NCBI RefSeq assembly: GCF_009914755.1
Contig: NC_060942.1
Source: the human T2T-CHM13v2.0 reference genome, Homo sapiens
Length of the DNA: 64,000 bases
Reading direction: 5' to 3' (one strand)
Part shown: piece after piece, positions 14,946 to 30,689 of the stretch
How the letters are laid out: each line of letters begins with the position of its first letter
Position numbering within the stretch: position 1 is the stretch's first letter
The notes under the pieces: model-generated
Database searches by the model: none
What the model was told of the DNA's origin: nothing
Seen by the model: only the letters and a program-made list of their open reading frames with translations
Translations under genes and position numbers: made by a program

Positions 14946-14973
14946 TTTTATATGTACATGTATAAATAAATAA

Positions 14974-15358
<385 letters not shown>

Positions 15359-15669
15359 TAACAATTGTATTTAGACGGTGGATAGATGATTATTTATTGT
15401 GCTTGTTCTAGTTGTATCCAAAAAACTCAAAATAAGAAGTTAAACCAAAATAGGCACATTTAAGAAATCATACTTGGAAAGGGAAATAGGCACTGTGGGC
15501 AGCTGTAAATCCTTCCCGAAATTCATCTCTGCACTTCTACCCAGGCAATTCTTGGGCACTTGACAGAGGTCTTGAGTGAGTAGCCACTCAAGGGAGGGCA
15601 GAGGGGATTCTGATCAGAGGACAGAGCAAATGTGGAGAGACAGAGGAAAGCGCGTCATTCTTTTGGGGG

Positions 15670-15850
15670 TTACTCGCTTGTTTATTCAACAAAAATTGTT
15701 GGCCTCTACTATGTGGTCAGCGGTACTGGGAATTGAGCAGTGAATGAATGAGACAACATTTCTGCCCAAATGAAGCTTACATTGGAGTGAAGGAAGAGAG
15801 ATACTAACAAATAAACAAGTGAGTAGAGTATGCGGAATATGAGATAATCA
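15670..15850 (-). mobile_element. L2 3' end
   Basis: tttattcaacaaa...ctactatgtg...gtactggg...agcagtgaat. Confidence 0.65.
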
Positions 15851-15851
15851 G

Positions 15852-16022
15852 GAGCAGATCTGGGTTTTGTGAGGTCTGGAGCTTACACAGATGTAGGGCA
15901 CACATTAAGAAAATTAAAACCAAAATTACCTTCCGTGGCAAATTTTGTAAAACTTATGACCACGAGAATACATTGCTGGGACCCCTGCCAGGGTCATGGA
16001 AGGAGCCTCCGCTAGCGAGGGC
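15852..16022 (+). mobile_element. MER96B-like hAT relic
   Basis: gcagatctgggttttgtgaggtctggagcttacac...cattgctgggacccctgccaggg. Confidence 0.45.
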
Positions 16023-16065
16023 TGTGGCACAATGCATCAATAGCTTTGCACTGAGTCTGCTCAAG

Positions 16066-16742
16066 TGTCTTGGTTTGAATTTCTCCAGAAGAAGAACTGG
16101 GATGGGGATTTGACTGTTGGTGGTTGATATGGGAAGCAACCTCAGGAATTGCTGGTAGGTGATGAGGAACTGAGGCAGGGAAGGAAAATAAGTCAATGCA
16201 CGTGCATAATCCTAAACAGAGACCTGGGAGACAGCAGAGAACGGAAGTTCAGATGATTGCTTTTTTTTTGAGACAGGATCTCGCTCTGTCATCCAGGCTG
16301 GAGTGCAGTGGCACGATCTCCGCTCAGCTTCTCGAGTAGCTGGGATTACAGGCATGCGCCACCACGCCCAACTAATTTTTTTATTTTTGGTAGAGATGGG
16401 GTTTCACTATGTTGGCCAGGCTGGTGTCGAACTCCTGACTTCAGGTGATCCGCTCGCTTTGGCCTCCCGAAGTGTTGGGATTACAGGCGTGAGCCACCGC
16501 ACCTGGCCAGGAAGCTCAGATTTATCTCACTTGAAAGTCAAGGAAATTGGGGCATATTTGTGTACACTTCCTTCTGTCAGTCACTGGTTGAAGTCTGCTT
16601 CCATGGGCATATTTTGATGGCATTCCAGCTTGCAGTAGGAGGCGCAGGTGCTAGCAGCTGGAAGTCAGACTGGCTGCATTAAGAGACTGGAGATACGGGG
16701 GCTGCATTGGGGGCGTCACTATTGTCCAGCATTTGCACCACT
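16066..16742 (-). mobile_element. LTR33-type ERV-L LTR (split by Alu)
   Basis: tgtcttggtttg...ccagaag...gaggcagggaagg matches recalled LTR33 3' end in reverse. Confidence 0.65.
16261..16508 (-). mobile_element. AluS with internal deletion in right arm
   Basis: gcacgatctc joined directly to cgctcagcttc; TSD gaagYtcagat. Confidence 0.9.
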
Positions 16743-17410
16743 CGGATCCATTCATGCCCCAATTGGTTCATGGCATTCTGTCACCAGTTCCTCTGGGGTG
16801 ACCAGTCAAAATTTCTCAAAACTAGACTTACAACAGGATGGCAGGAAGCTCATGCTACAGCTTCCTCTGCTGTGTTGGTACCCAGATTGTAACTGATATT
16901 CACCATTTCCCTCATCCTCCATTCTAAATTCCCCTCGTGCTTGGCTAATCTTTCTGCTAGTCTCCATTGCTTGTCCAATGGGAAACCCAGACCTTTTCCT
17001 GTGAGGGACCTGAGCTCTTAACTCCTGTGTTCTTGCCAGGTGTGGTTGCTGTGTAGGGAAACAAGGGATGGCCTAGTGAATCCCTGAGTTCCAGATGTAC
17101 TCTCCTCTGCCTTGATTAGGTAGAGCAATCTTATTTCCTCAGGATAGCCAGGGGCAACTGCTGCTATTAGTATATAACTCCCACATTGCTTTCTGATTCA
17201 CTAGCATGAGAAGCTCCAAATGGCAGTTGAAGCGCTAGGTTCAGTGGAACCCCTTATTTAGTCCTTTGGAAGAAGTATTACCCTTTCAGGGAACCAGGAC
17301 CTGGGGTCCAGCAGAGTCTAAACTTGCAGGGACAGCCACTACTTCTATGCTTTGGGTTCCAAGACCTGTGTACTCCACCTAACAGTGACATAGCACCACG
17401 TAATGACCAT
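16743..17410 (-). mobile_element. Ancient ERV-L internal 3' segment incl. decayed dUTPase
   Basis: Reverse complement aligns by eye with the ERV-L dUTPase region at ~48490-48780 (ctctgctgg..c.aggtc, ttgga.cttctcatgc, tctggaa). Confidence 0.6.
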
Positions 17411-17702
17411 TGGTTCAGTGCAATTTTACCCTTTTGCACAGATAGAGAAGAAATATTGTGCTGTAAAAGCCCATGCAGATAAAAACAGGTTGCCTGAAAG
17501 GAACAAAACAGAGGCTTAGACCTCTATGAATGCTGGAAAATACCAGATCAATGCCATCAGTGCTGGCAGAGAAACGTGTACAATTAGAGAACATTATGCT
17601 TGGCCAAACTGTTATCTGTTTGAGAAGACTAAAGAAATATGTTATTATATGTGCAAAAGCTCTGATACATCCCAGTTCATCAAGAGACAAATCAAAATTG
17701 GT

Positions 17703-18223
<521 letters not shown>

Positions 18224-18828
18224 ATCAAAATTTAGATGAAATGTAGAATTTAAGAAATGAGAGATGGTGAGATGGTGGCATAAAGGACTGGTAATGAGCA
18301 TGAAACCCAGTTACATTTAGAATTAGCTACAAAACCAAATGCAAACCTTATTGAAAACACTGAAGAGCTAAATAAATGGAGAGATATATCACATTCAGAG
18401 ATGGAAAAACGTTTCCAGGGTCAAGAGTCTAGGAATGTTTTTGCTGGGTCCTGGGCTCAAGGCCTCCCAAGCCTGAATTCAAGGTTTCAGCCAGGTCTGC
18501 AATTTCACCTGGAGCTCAGGGTCTTCATCTAAAGCTTATGGGTTGTTGGCAGAGTTCAGTTCCTAAGGGTTGTTGGATGGCGGTCTCTGCTTTCTTATTG
18601 CTGGCCAACTGGGCTCCCTTCTCATACTCTGGAGGCTGCCTGTGGTTTTCTGCCCTGTGGTCCTCTCTCCAACATGGCAGTTGCTCCTGTGAGGCCAGTG
18701 GAAGAATCTCTCTTATACTCTGAATCTCTCCTTCAGGATGGGCCCAGGGACTTTGAAGAGCTCATCCGATTAGGTCAGGCCCATCCAGGATAATTTTCCT
18801 TTCGATTGATTGAAAGTCAGCTGCTAAG

Positions 18829-19720
18829 AGCTACCCAAGTCAGCCTACATGCACCAGCTCTTGGGCCTCAACCTCCTCTTCCTGCTGTCCCAGGATTAGG
18901 TGGCTGAGTTCCACATGGAGTTGGAGTGGCTGCCTGCCACGGACACACAGACCAATGCCTACATCAAGCGCCCTGTGTCCCTGGAGCCATACCTGATGGA
19001 GGGCGGCTACAACAAGGTGTTCCTGGCCAAGGGTAACATCCCTGCCAAGAGCTACACCTTCATCCACATCCTGCTTGACACTATCAGGGATGAGATGGCT
19101 GGGTGCATTGAGAAGGCCTATGAGAAAATCCTTTTCACCAAGGCCACCTGGATCCTCTTCCTCAACACACCCAAACAGATGATGGACAACACCAAGAAGT
19201 GAGGGTGGGTCCTGGGCCCCAACAACTACTACAGTTTTGCCAGCCAGCAGCAGAAGCTGGAAGACACCACCATTCCAAGTTGAGTATGCCTGGCAGCCCA
19301 CCAGGCACTGGGTGGGGCAGGGCATACGTTATTTAAAACAGTTACAGTGCAGGGTTTCCTCTAATAAAGGTGGATTGACATTCTGTCTTCCAGGCCCTTA
19401 TCTCCCCATTTGGAATGGTGAGGAGCCAAGTTCTTATATCTGAGATAGATAAGTTTTGGGGCCCTCAGGGGATGGAGATAACACCCTCCAACTGGGTCAG
19501 CCTCTGTCTGATGGCCATTGCTCAGGGTCTCAAACACAGATGGCCACCGTAGAGCCCCAGCAGCACTGTGGCCTACAGGAGAGCATGGCCCCAGGTAGGG
19601 GGATGTTCCAGCCAGCTGTGGACACACAGGAATGCTGGGCCAGGGTACCAGATATTTTTCAACAAAGGGGGTGAAGTGTCCCATTAAAAAAAAGTTGGCA
19701 ATGAATTAAGCAATTTTTCA

Positions 19721-19753
<33 letters not shown>

Positions 19754-19757
19754 CACA
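18829..19757 (+). pseudogene. PSMD8: 5'-truncated processed pseudogene of PSMD8 (26S proteasome subunit Rpn12)
   Basis: Intronless ...[69 protein letters not shown]; in-frame TAG near 18897 and TGA at 19200-19202, C-terminal deletion, 3'UTR, (AAT)n tail, 16-bp TSD aaagtcagctgctaag (18813-18828, 20082-20097). Symbol is the parent gene. Confidence 0.95.
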
Positions 19758-20085
<328 letters not shown>

Positions 20086-20916
20086 TCAGCTGCTAAGGGG
20101 CATTAATTACATCTGCAAAATCCCACTGGTCACAGGATGTCACATAATCACGAGAGCAACTGTCCCATCATAGGCTCAAGTCACAGTCACGCTCAGGGGG
20201 TGAGGGTGAGACGGAGCCTGTATACCAGGGAGCAGGAATCTTGGGGGACATCTTAGAATTCCACCTCCTACAGTAACATTTCTCCTCACCATGAACCCAC
20301 AACAGGTTTTCTGTCTATTCCATAAATACATTTGTGGTTAGAATTTGAGGAATTTCATACAAAACTGTTTGGTCGGTTCCCCCTGGGTCTTTTGGAAAAG
20401 AGTAGGCTTGAAGAGAATGGAGGGCAAGAGTGAGATTATTCAGGAAGGAACCCCCAGAGAAGCCACAGAGGATCAGGATAGAGCCAAGGAGTGCTGAGCC
20501 TTCCTCTTGGGTTGGGTGTGAGGCTGAAGCCAAAAATATAGCTCGTGTCAGACTTTTGGCTGCTCTATTCATTACACAGAAGAATAACATTTCATTAGCT
20601 GTTGTCATTCAAAGTGGAATATATCTTCATTCTCTTTAGGGTTTTTGGCAGTTAGATTTCTGAGTTACTTCATAAAAATTTAAATTAGCTATTTTTAATG
20701 ATAACTGGTAGAAGAAGATAAATCATCATTCACAGAATTTTTAATGGGAAAAGTAATTTCAGTATTCTTATGGGGGAAGCACTTTTGGGCAAAAGTTATT
20801 CCTACAGCCCTCATGTTATTACTTCAAACATGAACCTGGGTTAGAAGAAGAAAGATTTGCTGCTGAGTTTTGTGTTTGGAATTGGTGTACCTGAAGCATG
20901 GGAAGTGTCCAATTTA

Positions 20917-21212
<296 letters not shown>

Positions 21213-21518
21213 CGATTTATTTGTAATACAATAAATCATGCATTATATTAACCTTTTTGGTGATTCATTTTCTCATTTATTAATTTAATGCATCCATTGT
21301 TTTCAAAGTGAGGCTTAATATTGTAAGTAATACAGTGGTAGTAGAATGGGGCAAGCCTATTCATCTTGGGTTAAGTGAGAACACCTTCATTTTCATAATG
21401 TAGAGCATTATCCTTTTCTATGGAGATTAAGCTAAATGCCAGGCTTCCTGTATTCACCCAGAATACTCAGCAGGCTGGTTTGTAAAAGAGGAGATATTTT
21501 GAGTTTGGCTGAAAGTAG

Positions 21519-21767
<249 letters not shown>

Positions 21768-21901
21768 TAAATGAACTAACTGAAAATGGAAACAGTGGTT
21801 ATAAAGATTGTCAATAAAAAAGAAAATGAACTATTGTCTTTGAGAACTTAGAAAGTTTTCTGCGTCTTTGTAGCCAGGAGGAAAAAAAAAAAGAACGTAG
21901 A

Positions 21902-22286
<385 letters not shown>

Positions 22287-22676
22287 CTAAGTGTAGAACT
22301 AACTGTAAATAACATACCTGGCTTTTATGAAAAATAAAATACATCAATAAGTTCTAAAAGAAAGGAAAACATGCTTGCCATTGGACCTTATGATATCATA
22401 ATATCGCCTAATGCACATATGTTGAAAATGCAGTCTTTTACTGACATTCCATCTTAAAAACAAATCATAGAGGATTCATTTCTGGAGGGATTAAACATAG
22501 TTTGATTAGGTTTCACCTCAACAGAGGAATCGTATGTGGATACTTCCAGGATTCATGTCTTTGAAACGTTTGGAAAACTGAGGGTTAGTTTGTTCTAGTT
22601 TGTTGGGTGGGCGGGGGTGGGGGTGGTGGTGGGGGCACAGCTCTGGCAGATTGCTGCTCACTGCCAGCAGATCAGA

Positions 22677-22979
22677 TTTTTTTTTTTTTTTTTTTTGAGA
22701 CAAGGTCTCACTCTGTTGCCCAGGCTGGAGTGCAGTGGTGAGATCTTGGCTCACTGCAGCCTCGGCCTCCTTGAGCTCAAGCAATCCTTCCACTTTAGAC
22801 TCCCAAGTAGCTAGGATTACAGGCATGCGCCACCACACCCAGCTAATTTTTGTATTTTTTGTAGAGACGGGGTCTTGCTTTTCTGTTCAGGCTAGTCTTG
22901 AACTCTGCGACTCAAGTGATCCACCTGCCTCGACCTCCCAAAGTGCTGGGATTACAGGGGTGAGCCACCTCGTCTGGCC
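22677..22979 (-). mobile_element. AluJ
   Basis: cactgcagcctcg..ctcaagcaatcc. Confidence 0.93.
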
Positions 22980-23391
22980 TCTCATTTTAATAGAAGCAGG
23001 AAATCTGGGCTTTGTTTTGTATAAGACGTTTTGATTTTTAAATGTTGGCTCAATTTTTATTAAAAGTGTTGCTTGCTGGGCCCCAGGGAAGTCTGTGCGT
23101 GGCCCACTTTGGGCTAGATGGAGAGAGCTGTAGTGGAGGCCTTGACACTGATGTGAAATAGAAAGAGGGTGGATCTGGGTAGCTGTGCCCCTGACCTGTC
23201 TGGTCCCATGTAGGGAAGTCTCTTCATCTTCTGAATCCCGACTTCCATTATTCAGGAGGGGTTCTGATGACATTGTCTTGAAAACACCCTCCTCTGTAAT
23301 GCTCACCCTGTGAAGAATTATTTTTTTTCTATTTTGTATGAGAGACATACTATTCAATATGTGTATGTGTGTGTGTATGTGCACGTGTGTT

Positions 23392-23576
23392 GAGAGACAG
23401 GGTTTCCCTCTGTTGCCCAGGCTGGATTGCAGATGCCTGGTTAATTTTTTAAATTCTGTAGAGACTGAGTCTTGTGATGCTGTCTAGGCTGGTCTCAAAC
23501 TCCTAGCCTCAAGTGATCCTCCCATCTCGGCCTCCCAAAGTGCTGGGATTACAGGTGTGAGCCACTGCACCTGGCT
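23392..23576 (-). mobile_element. AluJ with large internal deletion
   Basis: ggctggattgcag joined to atgcctggttaa. Confidence 0.85.
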
Positions 23577-24343
23577 CAATGTATTTTTTGATGAATCTTT
23601 TATTTGATATGTGAATCTCATGAGTTACGTGACTTCTAACATTTTTCTTATGCCCATTTTTTTTTCACGTAGACGTTCTCAGAGCGGTAGCATGCTCTGG
23701 ATGAGCTGTAGCTTCTTAGTCTTTTGTTTTGACAATTTTCTAATAAGCTACTAGTTGTAGCTTGTTACTCTTTTGTTTTGACAATTTTAAGGATTCATTT
23801 CTCATTGTCCAAGAAATAAAGTCCATATAATGTATACAAAGAGAATTAGCATTGCAATTATTTTCTCTCCCCTCTTCCTTTTCATTTTGTGTAGAATGAA
23901 CTCTTAGGCCATCACCAGGCAGCAGGAAATGAAGCTCAAGTTAGCAGAATGTAGGGAATTTTAGCTTTTCAGGCAGTCAGTGTGGTAAATTCAGTCCCGG
24001 TTTCGACTTCACTTGGAACTGTGTACAAATTCTAAAAATTCTAGGGCTAACTGTAGTAATTCTAGTTTTGCAGGTTAGGCTGCAGAATTTGATTTTATTA
24101 AGTTCCTGGAATTATTTTTGAACAAGCTGGGGTTGTGATGCCATTTATAAGTGTAATACCATTTCAAAACAACACTCAGGTGTAAGAAAAACAATATGAA
24201 ACAGGCAGCCTCATTGTAAGATTCCATTCAGTATTGCTAATCTTTTGTCAAAGTCTGCCTACTTTACATATTTGTGGTGAAAAGTTATCCTTGGCAACCA
24301 GGATCATTGGTTTGCTATATAAAAGGAGACCCCGGACTGTTCT

Positions 24344-24405
24344 ATTTTTATTTTTATATAATTTTTTCTTTTTCTTTTTTTTATCAGACAAAGGTTAAAG
24401 CGTGA
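24344..24405 (-). mobile_element. Micro-retroinsertion: 23-nt body plus A-rich tail with TSD
   Basis: cccRgactgttct at 24331-24343 and 24406-24418 flanking a T-rich tract plus atcagacaaaggttaaagcgtga. Confidence 0.6.
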
Positions 24406-25307
24406 CCCAGACTGTTCTAACACCTAAAGATTCAGCTGCTTGACCCTGAGTTTGCTTTTCGTTCCCAATGATAATAAGGACACAGATGGCAAGACACAAC
24501 AGCGAAAGTGTATGGGCCGCAGCATTTGAATAAAAAGGTGGAATGTGCTTTAGGCCATGTGCGTGGTGTCTTCCCTTCCCAGCTCTCTCTTCGTGTCTTT
24601 CAAGAGTCTCTTTTTGGCAAGGCTGCCCAACAAAAGGAAATCTGACATTCCTTATGACACTGGGGAAAATTAAGGGAAAATAAAAATGCTTCTAGATCAT
24701 TTCAAAAATTCAGAATGAAAGTAGTGATATTGAGTCTCACCTGAAAGCAAAATGTGTATTTTTACAAATTATCATTAGTGAAAAAAGAATGATAATGAGA
24801 AAGAGAATAATGAGAAAAGAATAATTAGTCCCTAAAATGACAATATTTGGGCACACTTGAGAAGTAATGACATAGCTGCTGATTTCTAATTTTTATTCTG
24901 ATATTAGTGATTTCTTCAATCAAATGGAGTTCCCTGCCTTTATGGTGGTTCTTTTTTCATAAACTGGGTTCGGGCAATTTCCAGAATGAGGCTACTATTT
25001 TCTAAATTCCTTTGTGATACTAAATTCCTTCCTCTTTTCTCCTAAAGGAAACAGTGGCAGCAAATGTCTCACTTTGAAGCTACCAAGGAAGCATCTATTA
25101 ATTTTGTGAATAAGAAAAATAGAAGAGCGCGATCAATGATAACAAAAAAACCTTCCTTTTTTGGCTCTTAGGTTTTGTGTAGCCATTTCCTGAGTCAGCT
25201 TTAGTTCTCTTTAGCACCTGTACTATTATAGAAATTGTTTCTAGAATTGGTCATTCACATGTATATTAGAAACCTCTGCACTGACAAGTTATTTAAGATT
25301 TTTTTCA

Positions 25308-25606
25308 CTTTTTTTTGACATGGTGTCTCACTCTGTTGCCTAGGCTGGAGAACAGTGTCACGATCTGCGCTCACTGCAGACTCCGCCTCCCTGGTTGAAG
25401 CGATTTTCCTGCCTCAGCCTCCCGAGTAGCTGGGATTACAAGCATGCACCGTCATGCCTGGCTAATTTTTGTGTTTTTAGTAGAGACAGGGTTTCACCAT
25501 GTTGGTCAGGCTGGTCTCGAACTCCCGACCTCAGGTGTTCTTGAGATCGCTTGCCTTGGCCTCCCAGAGTGCTGGGATTACAGGCGTGAGCCATGGTGCC
25601 CGGCCT
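25308..25606 (-). mobile_element. AluS
   Basis: Full-length with short insertion in left arm. Confidence 0.92.
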
Positions 25607-26352
25607 CACCCTTTTTTTTTTTACTGACTGACCATCAAGTGACATCGGCAATTCAGGCAATGCTTTGTATTTCTGACCTGTAGCATAAGGACAAGCAGCC
25701 CAGGGAAGCTCATTCTCCACAAGGCTACCCAGAGTTCCCAGGGAACACTCTGTTCCTTCATGAAGTGCAGAAATGAAGAATAGCCTGAGATGTGCAAGGA
25801 GTTTTTCAGAACTTCTCTTGTAGAACGAAGATCCATTTTTATAATCTCCTGGTTTATGAAAGCCCAAGGTCACTTTCAACATGAGGCATCATCCAGTAAC
25901 TGCTGGCAAGTGTCTGGAAGAGTCATCTACACATAGAAAGTGGGAGAGACTCAGACTGCAGCAGGGTTGTTTGCTCTCATGGTTTTTGTTTTTTTAAACC
26001 CAGACACGACTTGTTGGATTTCTTTCTTATGAATGAGTTCTTCTTAAGGCACTGACTCAAGCAGTTCTATTTTTTTTCCTGTTGAAATTACCAAATTCAC
26101 TCTTATGCTAATCAAATAAAAGGTTGTTACAAATTACTTTCTGGTCTTTCTCTGTGGAAAATCACCGTGTAGAGAACTTGCAGACTTCTCTTATGCAGAA
26201 TAGAATGCATGAACTACTTGGGAGATAGATTGTGAAGAGCAAAGTTTGGCCATTAACTTGGGATCCACCAACCAACAAAGACTCCTTCAGGCTTCATTCT
26301 TCAGCCATTGGTCCTCAAGGGTGAGGAGATTCTTTTTAAAAATGTCATTTTG

Positions 26353-26653
<301 letters not shown>

Positions 26654-27119
26654 TTAGCTTATATCTAAAGTACATGAGTCCAGGCAAACACAAGACAAGA
26701 ACAGGAACTTTTAGAAAGTTCAAGTTCACGTACCACTAAGGAAACCTGGAGAAAAGTATCTCATAGTCTCTTTTTTCTAACTATATTCAGAGATAATCAA
26801 GTGCCTCTTTGGTGCAAGATGTCAAATTTAGTATATACATAATGGTCAAATAAATGCTGTATTTTCCCATTTCATTTTTGTGTTCTCTTTTCTGTCTCAT
26901 GAAGGTTTCTGTAAAATGTTGCACTTCAGACTGCTGCTTTAAATTCCAGTTTTGCCATCTTTTATACATAGGAAGCAGCTGGAAATAAAGCAATGCAGTT
27001 TAAATAATTGAGATATTTAAGTGAAAGATGTGAAGATTGAGGTTTCTGCTCAACAGAATAAACTGTTTCTGGTCCCGGTTGGCTTTTTCATAGATGATGA
27101 TTCTTTGCTACATGGATTG

Positions 27120-27420
27120 CAATCTGCGGATCACAGCCGTCCTTGTAATAAGGTAGAAGTATTTTCAGGATCACATCTTGGTCCTGATAATTTAAAAAGA
27201 TCGGCAAACCAGAAAGGCCAAGGACTGAGGTTTTGGATGCGTGAGTCCTTCAAAACGCCACTAGGTGACGGTGCTGCACCGTAAGTGCCAGAACCCGCTC
27301 GCCGTGGTGCTTCCAGGCCGGGAAACGTTACCGCAGAGAGAACTCGGATGACTGACGGAGCCGTTTAGGTTGGCCCAGCAGAGGTGGTCTCTCTGTATTA
27401 TAGATCTTGTAACCGAATTT
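27120..27420. promoter_or_regulatory. CpG-enriched unique element with CTCF-like motif at ~27255-27273 (+)
   Basis: 17 CpGs in ~300 bp outside any repeat; gccactaggtgacggtg, one core mismatch to CCACTAGGTGGC. Confidence 0.5.
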
Positions 27421-27564
27421 TCTACTTAGCTTTTGTTGAGGCTGTAATTCATTAAGTCATCAAACTATTGTTTGTCTTTCTAAAAGCTGTGATGGCTTTT
27501 TTTGAAAAATTGTCCAGGAACTGTAAAGCCAAAGTTTAGATTTTGTAAAGATTATTAGTAAAAT

Positions 27565-28350
<786 letters not shown>

Positions 28351-28867
28351 TTACTCATGGAGATTATCCTTTCCTTAGGAGAATTATGATCCTAATTAGA
28401 AACTCATAGTTACCCCCAAGTGACATTTACAAAGCAACAGTTTGCATTTGCAGTATAGACCATTTCAGGTTCATGGTAACTTTTGCTTATTTAAGAAGTA
28501 AATATATGGAAATTTGTCATTCGTTCTGTGAAAAAAGCAAGGGAGAAAATATTCCCAGAATCAATGATTCATAGTTATTTTTGTTAGGGTGAAAAACCAT
28601 CTCTTGAGAAGGACAATAGTTCAGTGAACAAATGCCACAGTGCATGGGATGACACAGGCTATACTCTTACCTGAATGGAGGAGGAGGAGGAAGTACGTTT
28701 TTTTGTTCAAGGACAGTTTTGATGCAATTGAAATATTACAAAGTCCTACTCATTGTTCATGAGTAATTTGATTTTAATGATGATCCTTTGTGTAAGATGC
28801 ATATATTCTGACAATGAACTCCTCTTTCTACTCCCAAAATGGAATGTTTGAAGTCTCCTATTATTCC

Positions 28868-29164
28868 TTTTTTTTTTTTTTGATAGAGTCTCACTGTGTC
28901 GTCCAAGCTGGAGTAGAGTGGCACGATCTGGGCTCACTGCAACCTCCGCCTCCTGGGTTCTAGATTCTCCTGCCTCAACCTCCCAAGTAGCTGAGATTAC
29001 TGGTGCATGCCACCACACCTGGCTAATTTGTTTTTGTATTTTTAGTAGAGATGGGGTTTCACCATTTTGGCCAGGCTTGTCTGGAACTCCTGGCATCAAG
29101 TGATCTGCCTGCCTCGGCCTCCCAAAGTGCTGGGATTACAGGTGTGAGCCACTGCCCCCAGCCA
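28868..29164 (-). mobile_element. AluJ/S
   Basis: Full-length, TSD tctcctRttRttcctt. Confidence 0.93.
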
Positions 29165-29544
29165 GATTCTCCTGTTGTTCCTTATTAACATTTTCTGTAT
29201 CACTTCCACAACTTGGGCTTATTCTAAGTGCCAAATTCACGTCTAGCAATCAGAATGTACTCTGACCCCTTCCCCAGGGACAATTTTCGGGGTGTTTGTA
29301 TTGATTTGGAGAATGTTAGAGGCGAACATAGCAATAAAGATCATCTAATCCCTTATTTTACAGGTGGAAAACTACATCTTGAGGAGTTTAGTTACATATC
29401 TGATAGGTTGCAGTGCTCCAGCTAGAACTCAGGAAAGACGAGAAGGTACAAGAAAATGTTGATGAAGAATTGACTGTGATAGCCGTGGAACACACCTTGT
29501 TTAATTTTAGTCCTCACAATAATCTTATGTCGTTGGCAGATCCC

Positions 29545-30352
29545 TATTTTTATTCCTCCACAGCTTTATTGAGAAATAATTGGCAAACAAAATTGTAGAA
29601 GTTTAAGGTGTACGATCCATGATTTGATATACATATATATTATGAAATGACTACCACAATCAAGTTAGTCAACATATCTATCACCTCACCTACTTACCTT
29701 TTTTTTTTTTTGGTTTTGTTTTGTGGTGAGAACATTTAAGATCTGTCAGCAAATTTCAGCTATACAAATTGCACGCATTAAGTACATTTACAATGTTGTA
29801 CATCCGTTACTACTATCCATTTCCAGAACTTTTTCATCATCCCAAACAGAAGCTCTATGCCCATTAAATAATAACTCCTCATTCTCCTTCCCAACTGCCC
29901 CTGGTAATTTCTATTCTACTTTCAGTCTGTATGAATTTGCCTATTCTTGATACTTAATATAAATAGAATAATAAAATATTTGTCTTTCTATGTTTGCCTT
30001 ATTTCACTTAGCATAATAGTTTCAAGGTTTCAAGGGTTGATAGCATGTATCAAAATTTCATTTCTTTATTATTATTATTATTATTTGTAGAGACAGGATC
30101 TCACTATATTGCCCAGGCTGGTCTCGAGCTCCTGGGCTCAAGCTACTTTCCACCTTGGCCTCCCAAAGTGCTGGGATTGCAGGTGTGAGCCACTGCACCC
30201 AGCCTCATTCTTTCTGATTGCTGGATAAGATTCTGTTGTATGTATATATCACATTTTGTTTATCCATTCATCTGTCAGTGAGTATTTGAATTGTTTCCAC
30301 CTTTTGGCTCCTGTGAATAATGCTGCCATGAATATTGATGTACAAGTATCTG
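29545..30352 (-). mobile_element. L1MA/L1MB 3' fragments with FLAM at 30065-30204
   Basis: acagctttattgag, catttccagaactttttcatcatcccaaac, ggctcctgtgaataatgctg. Confidence 0.85.
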
Positions 30353-30689
30353 GAATGTAATTTTATCATGCCCTCAGTGTGTATTTCCTCCCATTATCCT
30401 TCTCCTTAAATTTTTTTTCTAGCAATTCCATCATGTTAGTATTTTCTGGTTAATCTGAAAATAGTCTGCTGGATTTCCTCTCTCTAATGTCAAATGCTTT
30501 TAAAGTTTTGTTTTGCGTAATATCAGAATTGATATTGGTTCACTATTGAGACTTCCCATTCAAGTATTATGTCTTGCCTCTCTATTATTCAGGTTTAAAT
30601 AATTGTGCCCTCAGTAGAGTTTTGAGCATGTTAATATTGTTCCTCTGCATTGTTTAAGACTATTCTTAGGTATGTTCTTTGATGATTAT

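Noticed and set aside
18900-19202. 100-aa PSMD8-like ORF as a functional retrogene
   Set aside because: GTG start directly after an in-frame TAG, premature TGA, 5' truncation and many substitutions
18840-19325. 161-aa minus-strand ORF
   Set aside because: Antisense shadow of the PSMD8 pseudogene coding region
24780-24826. Short gaataatgagaaa repeats
   Set aside because: Low-complexity A-rich slippage with no further structure
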